From positions 25,358,001 to 25,422,000 of the forward strand of contig NC_045138.2 of the NCBI RefSeq assembly GCF_008831285.2: DNA of 64,000 nucleotides, read 5' to 3'. The stretch's first letter is position 1; each line of letters starts with the position of its first letter. The position numbers and the translations under genes were made by a program. This DNA comes from Nymphaea colorata. Its lineage: Eukaryota. Under the pieces are notes generated by a model, which saw only the letters and a program-made list of their open reading frames with translations, did not search any database and had not been told where the DNA came from. Below are positions 54,326 through 64,000 of this stretch, piece after piece.

Positions 54326-55039
54326 ATCACTTGCACACATACATGTACAAAATGTGGACATGGGGCTGTGTGTCATACATTATATATATGAACAAGAAAA
54401 AGAAAAACTTACAAACAACAGGCAAGTCCAAGTGGTTGGTGACGATTTCCAAGAACTCCAAACTATCCATTTCAGGCATGAAAATGTTCGACAACACAAG
54501 ATCGACGCAGCTTTTCCGTTCCTTCAACATCTGAACAGCCGTTATCGGATTATCCACTGATGTAACTGCATAGACAACAATAGGAGAGTGGGTGGTAGAG
54601 AGAGAGAGATCAACATCATCTTTCTCGTCATGAAGAAAAAATTGCTAAAGAAGAAGGAAAGAAAAGTCTCACCATCGTAGTCCCACTGAACCATCAAGCT
54701 CTCCATCTCCTTCAACGACGCCCTGTCACTCTCGACCACCATAACTCTGGTTGCCTTTCGGACGTCTTTTCTCGAGTCCTCTAAAGCTGCCACCAGTTCT
54801 TCATCCATACAGAGAAGCTGCGAAGGATCTCCAGACTCTGCAGCCGAAGCTGCCACCAGCCCTTCTCCCTCCATACAGACAAGCCGCGAAGGATCTCCAG
54901 ACTCTTCAGCCGAAGCTGCCACCAGTCCTTCCTCCATACAGAGAAGCTGCGAAGGATCTCCAGACTCTTCAGCCGAAGCTTCCACCAGTCCTTCCTCCAT
55001 ACAGAGAAGCTGCGAAGGATCTCCAGACTCTTCATCCAT
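50868..55039 (-). CDS. Type-B response-regulator-like (ARR-B/APRR) transcription factor: atypical receiver, GARP/Myb-like domain and long low-complexity tail
   Basis: In-frame GT-AG model: 55039-54673, 54565-54413 (153 bp), 53603-53283, 53030-52954 (77 bp), 52069-50984, plus a possible micro-exon 50876-50868 (otherwise stop at 50897). Motifs RVMVVESD, DLVLSNIFMPEMD, LKP...LRNLWQHV, KKRFIWT...AVDQLG, ATPSKILDIMGVTELTRKQIGSRLQKHRIY. Confidence 0.87.
54268..54325. repeat. (CT)n(AT)n microsatellite in intron 2 of the ARR-like gene
   Basis: Directly visible. Confidence 0.9.
54790..55035 (-). repeat. Coding minisatellite, about 4 x 60-63 bp
   Basis: Encodes EESGDPSQLLCMEEGLVAASA-type units in exon 1. 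Confidence 0.92.
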
Positions 55040-56888
55040 GGAGGTTCAATGAGAAACTCGAGCTCCAATGAGTAGAGATAGTAAAAGAAATGGAACCTTG
55101 CCCTCTACCATTCGAGCAATATAGATATGAGCTGGAAAAAACTAAAAGTAGAAAATATGGATCTCATACTTCATAATATGGGATTGATGAAAAATGCGAA
55201 ACACTGCAGAAGGGAAAAAAAATCTACGGAGACCGGAGGTCATTGTTCAAGCATTCAATTTCATGGCTGAAGGTGGAACCAATCTAAAAGGAAGAAAATC
55301 TTGAGAGAAAATGTCTCTCCTCTTTTATTTGAAGGGGATTTTTTCATATTAATGACTACCATATAGGCCAATTTACATGTTCGTGTCTATTTCAAAGCTA
55401 TTATCATAGTTATCCCTACCCTTTCATTGAGCATTCTAAATTAGTTCTTATGGTAAACTCTATTGTAAATATTGCATCAGTAGATCTGCTGATACGCTTC
55501 GTATTTGCCGGGCTTTGTAGCCGTATTCGGCCGATATGAGTTATGGAGAACGTCAAAATGCTGGTTGTGAATTTGTAATTAATTAAAGTTACAAAAGGAG
55601 GGATTTTATTTTGGGAAAAAAATATTAGGGATGCAGGATGTGGCCATCAAATAACAAGTAGATGAAAATGAAAATTGTTAATTGACAATAAATTCACGAT
55701 AAATTTTTGGATTTGGGCATCGCATTGGGGTAAGAACTAAGAGGTGCAGCGTTGACCAGTTGCTTTCCATTTAATTATTATCATAACAGGATTTCAATAT
55801 TGGGAGATGAAATCTGATATTGAAAATATTACTTTTGATAACGGTTATTGTTTTTAGTTCTAGTACTGTCTAGGTGTTGGGACTATAACATTTCTCTGAG
55901 CGATACGGTGCCGAATCGACCCATATCAACAGAATTTAAAATAAGTATCTATATTCTGTATTAAAAATTCATTTAAAATTTGGTTTATTCAAGTTGGGTT
56001 TGTAACACTACAAAATTTTAATATCGTATTAAAGATTGAGAGAGATCTTTCAAAGCTTATAAGAAATGTTGTTCAATGGTTAGTTGTCTTGGTTTCTAAT
56101 ATTTTCTGAATTAAAATCAAAACTGCCATGAAGAGGGTCGGAATCCCATCGTAAGAGTGAGTCGAGTCATTGTAAAATTAATTGATTATACAACATCTTA
56201 TGACTGATATGCATACATCCGATATTAATGCCAAGGACATAAAGGTTCCAATTAATTTAATCTGAATTTTACATTGAAAATCAAGTTCAACCGGTTGGAA
56301 AAGGAGAAAAGGTAGCGCCTTCACCACAAATCAAATCAACATTATACAAGACATTATACAAGAGAAACCTAGAAAATAATATGAACACAAATATTTCATA
56401 TTATTGAATTTCTCACATAAAATGCAAGACAAATTCACATTTGATCAATACTAACAGAGCTCAAATGGGAAGGGCTTCATCACTCAAAACTAATACATAC
56501 GAGATTATATTTATATTTCCAACTTCATAACCGACACACATGGAACACATAAGATAAAAAAGGAGAGGAAGTTACGTGCCGGGCGCACCATGTGCAATAA
56601 AAGAGGAAAAGACATTTTAAAAGTTTATTAAAAAATAAATGTCTTCCACTTTCTTTTTACCTTTTTTATTTTCAATTTTGTTTTTATTAAAAAAATCTTT
56701 TTAAATGTAAACTAAATGCTTAGTCATTAACCATACTGGCACGAAAAATAAATGATACATATAACTACATTTGATGTATATAACCAGGTTTGATGTAAAA
56801 GCCATGATCTTGGTGGCTCAAAGAAACTCATTGCTAAGCAAAGTTGGTTATATACACACTTCTTATAAGAGTGTGTAATGACTAAAAT

Positions 56889-56975
56889 AAATCTATTAAA
56901 TGAAATGGAAAAACTTTAATAAGGATAAAAAAAATCTATTAAATGAAATGGAAAAACTTTAATAAGGATAAAAAA
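56889..56975. repeat. Two-copy 44-bp tandem repeat
   Basis: aaatctattaaatgaaatggaaaaactttaataaggataaaaaa twice. Confidence 0.9.
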
Positions 56976-57299
56976 TGAATTATGAAAATATTAAAACTAA
57001 AATGTACATCGTTTACCCAAAAAAAATTCCAAAGTGCCACCGCCTCCTTTCTCTTTCATTGGAGCATATTTGTAGGATGCGCACTGCAACTACTAGATTT
57101 AGCAGCCAAGCCATGTCCTCCATTGTGCTTAGACACAAGAATTCACAAAAGTAAAAAAAAAAAAAAGGAGGGGTTTACATATTTTGAAATTTGTATAAAG
57201 TAATGTTTATGTTAGACTTTTTAACTCTTTCATAACCTATTTTACCTTTAAAAAAACAAGTTAACAAAAGCAATTGAGTTTCCTGAAAATGCAAAACAA

Positions 57300-57637
57300 A
57301 TTCCCTTTTCCACCACCACCACCACCACCAATCCCACCGCCGCCAACGTTGTGACCGCCGCTCACGCTGCCGAGCCCACCTCCTGCGCCATCTCCACCAC
57401 CAACATCACTTAATCCTATGCCACCACCGATTCCTCCACCACCTCCCCGCCTAGATCACCACGCAGCGCCACCACCGATTCCTCCACCAAAGCCACCCCT
57501 CCCAGGCTAGGGTGGGACCATTTCTGGTCTTCGAAGGGGGAGGCATCTTCATTCGGTAGCTTCCCAGCACCGGCGTGTACTGCAAGAAGGACAAGCAGTA
57601 GGAGGACTAACCTTCCTCCATGAACAGGAGGAGCCAT
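57300..57637 (-). pseudogene. Frameshifted GRP gene (paralog of 59951-60391)
   Basis: MAPPVHGGRLVLLLLVLLAVHAGAGKLPNEDASPFEDQKWSHPSLG, then the Gly repeat falls out of frame (stop at 57416). Gly codons continue in another frame to ~57305. Confidence 0.82.
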
Positions 57638-59950
57638 TGTTTTCCCTGATCGCTTCTCTTGCTTCCTTCAACTCTTGGTATGAAAGAAGCGTTTGTTTTG
57701 GATGCGTGTGGAACTCGGAGGGACGTGGGTGGTGGATTTATGGGAACGTAAGGTTGGGAATGGCCTTTCATGTTGCAGAGAAAATCCTTGAGGTGGAGAC
57801 GATCGTCGGTACCACCACCACCACCATGACTCGAAAAGGCCATCAACTTGACTTTCCTGTGGATTCATTCTTAATTTTCTTTACATACTTTGGTATGGTT
57901 GACGTGGTCTAGGGCTATCTTCCCAACCACGTAATAAATCCAACAGCAATGGCAACTCTCTCTCTCTCTCATCATTTTACTCATCACTTTCTTGTTCTTT
58001 GTTGTTGTTTGTATGCTTTACATCCACTGCTCTTGATGTGTTTCGTTGGAATGAATTCATTTTCAGCTCTCTCTCTCTCTCGCGCGCGTTAAGTTTCATC
58101 ATAGGTCGTGGTAGTAAACCCTTTTTATTTGTTTCGATTTAAGCTTCCTAATACTAGTTCCAATCTTGTGAATGTCATTAGCAATATTTATAAATATGTG
58201 CAGATTCACTTCCATAGCCACAGATAACTTTTTCGGCTTCCAAAAAGCAAGGTTTTTCTCATGTTCAAAATAACAGACTTTTTTTGGAAAAATTGGAGAA
58301 GATTTCAGCAAATTTTAAAAGCAATTAATTTTTTGTTGAGAAAGAGAAAGGTAGCCAAAATCTTAAAGAATAAAAATAAAAATCCTTTACTCTTAGTCAA
58401 TTGATTGTAATTAGTCAAACGGGTTACTAATAATTAATGAGATCTGGAATTCAATGGTAATTAGATTCAGATATAGTTTAAGACATTAATTGCGTCTGAT
58501 GTGAAGATATTTAATTTGAATTGCTTTTGAGGTAACTAGTAAGCTCACATAATTTTTCTTCTCGATCCTCCTAATTAGGCCAAATATAAACATGATAACG
58601 AACTGAGTAATTAGCACGTGGCAGACTCGCAGTAACTGTATATATATCTATGTTAACCGTCTGAAATTAGTACGGGCAATAATTATATATATATATATAT
58701 ATATTAAGAGGTCCAGCCAATTAAGTGGTCTAATCCTTCAAGGGTGCCCGGCCATGGAGAGGAAAATAATGTTTAAATCATTGTCACAAATGTGATCATT
58801 TTGAGAGAGAAAAAAAAGAGCAAAAAATAGAAACAGTCATGGAGTTTGACAAGCATCAAAATGAAATTTTATTTCATTTGTTCCTTTTTTCCAAAAAGAA
58901 GTTTTTAATATTTTAATCAGCATTACGTATTCTGGTTTTCTATTGACAAATCTCAATTTTTAATCTTTTCTGTTATTTTGAAACTTTTTTAATTCCTAGG
59001 GTTTTCAGAGACAAGTAAACTTCACATTAGTATTGTATTAAAGATGATAAGAAATCTTTAAAAGATCATAAAGGAGCTATTAAGTGATTGGTGGTCATGA
59101 TTGAGAGCTCCACATCTCTCCAAGCGATTCGGTACTGAATCAATCGATATGAGCCGAAATTAACACAACTATATTCATGAGTATTATAATTTTTTTGAAA
59201 ACTTGAGTCAGTTAGCTGATTCTACAGGCCTAAGTAGTCACAATGGGCAGCCGGCCCGTATGATAGCTGATACACATATATACATATATAAGCGATGTTG
59301 GTGATAATGCCAAGGACATAAATGTTCCGATTAATTTAATCTGAATTTACTTTGAAATAAATCTAACCAATTTCAACCGGCCGCAAAACAATGCAACCAA
59401 TTAAATCTGACCATGTTCCAATCGTTGACATCCTTACTGAGAATTGAGAGTATATTTCTTGAGAGTCAACGAGGAGCTTGAAATTTGAGTGAAGAAAGTT
59501 GATCGGAGACTTCTTTCCGCAGACTTTTTTCACTGATTTTCAATGCTAAAACCTGTACAACTGTTAAGTTGTAATTCTTACCATTTATGTTTGATCGCTT
59601 GTTTCATATGCAAGTAGCTTTTACAAGGAGATAGGTAGCGCCTCCACGACAAATCAAAACTATACAAGAGAAACCGAAAAAATAATAAACACACAAACAT
59701 TCATATTATTCAATTTTTCTCATATGAAATTACGAAGACAAATTCTCATATGAAATTACAAAGACAAATTCCCATTTGATCAATACTAACAGAAGCTCAA
59801 ATGGGAAGGACTTCATCACTCGAAATTAATACATATGATACTATATTTCTAACTTCATAGCCAACCCACGTTCAGCAATCAGACTCGAAACACATACAAT
59901 CAGACTCTAAACACATACAATAAAAGTGTAAAAGTCCTCATATTGAAGGC

Positions 59951-60391
59951 TCAAGGAAGCCCACCGCCAAGTCCGCCACCAGCACCACCACCAAACCCAC
60001 CCCCAAGGCCACCGAGCCCACCGCCTCCACCAAAGCCACCACCGCCGCCTCCACCTAGCCCACCAAGCCCACCTCCTGCACCAGCTCCGCCACCAAAGCC
60101 ACCGCCAAGGCCACCAAGTCCGCCACCACCACCGAACCCTCCACCACCTCCGCCACCTAGACCACCACCTAGTCCAGCACCGCCACCAAAGCCTCCACCA
60201 AGGCCGGCGCCACCGCCTAGCCCACCGCCAGCACCACCACCAAACCCACCTCCAAGGCCAGGGTGGAACCATTTCTGGTCTTCGAAGGGGGAGGCATCTT
60301 CATTCAGTAGCTTCCTGGCACCGGCGTGAAGTGCAAAGAGGCCAAGCAGCAGGAGGACCAATCTTCCTCCATGAACAACAGGAGGAGCCAT
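59951..60391 (-). CDS. Secreted glycine-rich protein (GGGF/GGL type), 146 aa
   Basis: Signal-like N-terminus, ARKLL...EDQKWFH, Gly repeats ending GGGLP*. CTATAAAT at ~60488-60495. Confidence 0.93.
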   Translation of the reverse strand: MAPPVVHGGRLVLLLLGLFALHAGARKLLNEDASPFEDQKWFHPGLGGGFGGGAGGGLGGGAGLGGGFGGGAGLGGGLGGGGGGGFGGGGGLGGLGGGFGGGAGAGGGLGGLGGGGGGGFGGGGGLGGLGGGFGGGAGGGLGGGLP

Positions 60392-63039
60392 TGTTTCTCG
60401 ATCGCTTGTCTTGCTTCCTTCAACACTTGGTATGAACGAAGCGTCTGTTTTGGATGTGTGTGGAACTCGGAGGGACGTGGGTGGTGGATTTATAGGGATG
60501 GAGGTTTGGAAATGGCCTTTAATGCTGCAGAGAAATCTGCGTGAGGTAGACTAGACTAGATAAGTACCACCGTCGTCTGCACCACCACCACCATAACTCG
60601 AAAAAGCAATGGAGTTAACTCGCCCATCTACTTGACCCTCTTGCACACTTTTTCTTAGTTTTCTTTATCTTCTTTGTCTTCTCAGATTTTGGTATGGTTG
60701 ACGTGATCTGCAGCTATCTTCCCAACCGCCAGCCTCATAATAAATCCGACTGCAATGGCAACGCTCCTCTCTCTCTCTCTCTCTCTCGTTACGTATCATG
60801 GTAGTAAACCTTCCATAATTGCTTTGATTTAAGCTTCCTTATTCTAGTTCCAATCTCAGGAATGTCATTAGAAATATTTATAAATAAACTAAAAAAGCAT
60901 GCCCGACTCACTTTTAACCATAGCCACACAGGTTTTAAATAGGCGAGATTTGTCACAGGCTTAAAACAGCAGAACTGTTCTTCCGGAAAAAAACAGGAAG
61001 ATTTTGGTCAAATCCTAAACAATTAATCTCTCTACAAGCCAAAATCTTAAAAACAAAATGTGAATAGAAATTTGATAATTAAAGGTGGTAAAAAAGAGAA
61101 AAATGATGGGAAAATATGAAAACAAAAACTAGTTTTCACGTTCTTTTACATTTTCTTTCGTCTTTGGCGTGTGTTTTTTAGCTATACAACCTCAGTTCCA
61201 AACTGAAAATCAAGTGTCTATACGTTTTCAGCTGCTTTATACAAAGCAATGCTTCAATAGAAATTAACGGAGAACTGAGGAGTTTTTCAGAACCACCAAC
61301 CGCTTGCACTTGTATATGGAAATAAATATGCAATTTTAATATGATATCTTATTTATTCGAATCGCCCCAGCTGTTGGTCACTTCTCCTTTAGAAATGCGG
61401 TCATAAATGCCTTTTCACATGCAGCAGCGAAGACTCTGAAGTCGAGGAAAGTTCTCGCCATCAACAAGCTGCTTTGACAGCTCGTAGAAACGATGACATC
61501 AATACTGTTGGCGCATAAAAGCTTGACTCGGAAGTCCCTAGAAGCTTTCTCCAACAAGAGTCTCAATCAACTGCCATTGACTTAAAATTCCACCGCAATA
61601 GCATTAATCTTTTTTTTTTCTTTCTTTTTCCATTAATCATTCCGCAGCAAGCTCATTGCAAAGAAAATAAATTATGTTTAAAACATTGTCACAGGTGTGC
61701 TTTTGAGAAAAAAAAATGCACAAAAAAACATTAAAGTTAACAAGAAAATGGAAACCGTCACGACGTTTCACAACCATCAAAATGAAATTATTCCATTTTC
61801 CCTTTTTTCAGAAAATAAGTTTTAATATTTTTTACATCTTTCTTTTAATATTTTAGTTAAGGAAACTCATTTGTAATAAGTTTTCTGTTATTCTGGAACT
61901 TTTTGAATTCTCTTGATTTTCACAGAAAAGTAAACTTCTTCCGGCGAAATAGAAGATCTATGTGATGGTAATGCTGGAACAAGCTCAGGTGCCAGCTTCA
62001 TGCCCATTTTCTTAATGATGGGTGAAAGTGTTTTGAACAAAGACAAGCGGCTTGCCGCATGACATGACATATCAAGCTTTGTTAATTCACGTGTTAAAGT
62101 TTCATTTTATGGAAAAAAAAAATAGTTTTAATGGAACAGCTTAGCAATCTTCTCGTCTAGTTAATTAATTGGATGGGCGATCGCAATCTTTATGTAAATT
62201 CATTGTTCTCAACTGAATTACGAAGTTAAATAAATGTTATGGCAACAGAACAACTCATTAATTACTGACTGGTTACAATCTTCATGATCTTCGACTGTTC
62301 TCCTAATTACTCCGCTGAAAGTTAAATAAACATTTCAGCTATATATGAGGACAACTGAGTATGGCATGGAAAATGTTCCTCCAACTATAGCTAAACTATA
62401 ATTTACGTCTTGAATCGACTTGTTAAACAGTTGACCATGAACAGATCATAACAGAATTCAGATTTTCTAATTCTCATATTATGTGAGCTATAATTAAAGA
62501 TTCAAGTTTCAAATCTACTTTAGAGGGAAGGAAAGGCATGCATGTTTGAAATTCAACATATTTTAAGCAGGCAAGAATATAATTTCATTTAAATATAAAT
62601 TCCGACAAACAAGATGTTCAAAGTTTCTTATTGAAGGTTGCCATGTTCTTTTGTCGCTAATGCAAAATTAATCTGATAAGCCTCAAACGGTATGGTATAT
62701 AGCTGGTCAGGCGAGCATGCCAGTGGAAGCTCAATCGCCAGTTTAATTCTCATGAGTGGTATTCTTTTGGACGGTAAACAGAAACTTGCTTAGTGCAAAA
62801 GTCCTTCGTTGCTTGTGATGGAGAAAAGATGGTTGATAATGGAGTACATATAAGTCTGGTTACTCTGTTCTAACAAAGAGAAGAGTACAGTGCATGCATT
62901 TGCATTTGCTCTCTCAACTAGTCAGTCACACATACTTAATATTCTCAATGTTTGGAAGATAACACCACATTTCCAACTTTATTAGCAGACAAAACACACA
63001 CTTATACACTGAGCATATATGGTAGGGTTATGTGGAGAC

Positions 63040-63471
63040 TCAAGGAAGTCCACCACCAATTCCTCCACCAGCTCCACCACCCAAACCACCGAGCCCACCA
63101 CCACCACCGAAGCCACCCCCACCGCCAGCTCCTAGACCACCGAGCCCACCTCCTGCACCAGCACCTCCACCGAAACCGCCACCAAGCCCTCCAAGTCCAC
63201 CGCCACCACCAAATCCTCCACCACCACCGCCGCCCAGGCCACCACCCAGACCAGCACCACCACCAAAACCTCCACCAATGCCAGCACCACCACCTAAGCC
63301 GCCACCACCACCACCACCAAAGCCCCCTCCTAGTCCTTGAGGATGGAACCATTTTTGATCCTCAAAAGAGGAGGCATGATCTTCACCCAGTAGCTTCCTG
63401 GCACTGACATGTAGTGCAAGAAGTGCAATCACTAGGAAGATAAGCTTTCCTCCATGAATAGGCTGAGCCAT
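63040..63471 (-). CDS. Secreted glycine-rich protein (GGGF/GGL type), 143 aa
   Basis: MAQPIHGGKLIFLVIALLALHVSA-RKLL...EDQKWFH, Gly repeats ending GGGLP*. CTATAAAT at ~63561-63568. Confidence 0.93.
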   Translation of the reverse strand: MAQPIHGGKLIFLVIALLALHVSARKLLGEDHASSFEDQKWFHPQGLGGGFGGGGGGGLGGGAGIGGGFGGGAGLGGGLGGGGGGGFGGGGGLGGLGGGFGGGAGAGGGLGGLGAGGGGGFGGGGGLGGLGGGAGGGIGGGLP

Positions 63472-64000
63472 CGTGTCTCTCCTCTCCTTTCCTTCACTGC
63501 CAGCAGTGTGAGAAAGGGTCTGTATGGGTGAGTGAGGAGCTTGGAGAAACGTAGGGTTGGATTTATAGAGATGGACGGTTGGGGTGGCCTTTAATGCTCA
63601 GCAAGAATCCGTGTGGCGGTAGCTTGAATAACTGCGATATCGTCTTCCCTGCCACCAAAACTCGATAGGTGAAAGGAGGTTCACTGTTTCATCCACTTGG
63701 ACGTTCTCATGTTCAACTTCTTTTCCCCTCCTCTTCTTTCTTCCAGCTTTAATGTTGTGATGCTTACAGCTATCTAGTGAACCCCCAACGCTCATAATTA
63801 ATCCAAGAGTTCTCTCTTTCTCTCAAGTTGCATTCTTATCATTGTTCGATCCACTGCGTGCATGCAATAATGCAACACGCCATGGTTTAGTAAAGGATTA
63901 AGTGAAGAAATGAACTGATAAGGATCAGCTTTGACGTGGTCTAAATCCCTAAACAATCATGCAGTTTTAGTTCCCTATACAAATCCAAGACCCAATCTGT

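Larger units (their letters stand above)
55890..61937 (+). repeat. Diverged ~3-kb tandem duplication (~55890-59023 and ~59113-61937), each unit with one GRP gene
   Basis: Shared anchors: taatgccaaggacataaa (56226/59305), ggtagcgcc...caaatcaaa (56311/59634), tttgatcaatactaacag, the GRP 5' region, atcaaaatgaaatt and aagtaaacttc. Confidence 0.8.

Noticed and set aside
54790..55035. CRISPR-like array
   Set aside because: Eukaryotic coding minisatellite without unique spacers, and no cas genes.
59943..60329. Extensin-like Pro-rich ORFs (also 63032-63340)
   Set aside because: Reverse complement of Gly repeats. The minus strand has the signal peptide, TATA and conserved linker.

Overview
Plant (angiosperm-type) nuclear DNA, AT-rich, with spliceosomal introns. 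It holds (i) a minus-strand cluster of intronless secreted glycine-rich protein (GRP) genes: four intact (182-1357, 3744-4262, 59951-60391, 63040-63471), one frameshifted (~57.3-57.6 kb) and one split by a young Ty1/copia LTR retrotransposon (22206-27884); (ii) six NAC transcription-factor pseudogene pieces, mostly NAC025/056/NOR/NAM-B1-type; (iii) a spliced type-B-ARR-like gene (~50.9-55.0 kb, minus) whose phospho-acceptor Asp is replaced by Asn and whose N-terminus carries a 4x ~20-aa repeat; and (iv) older copia remnants, MITEs and microsatellites. The most unusual part is 29.7-45.5 kb. There a NAC gene is fused in its ancestral frame to the tail and 3' UTR of a GRP gene. This chimera was duplicated head-to-head, its right arm was later split by ~6.7 kb of other DNA, and it is surrounded by two more inverted repeats, a spacer-less palindrome and a 3.5-kb direct duplication. 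It is a candidate young hairpin/siRNA locus against NAC genes. No rRNA, tRNA or CRISPR features were seen. All alignments were done by eye.
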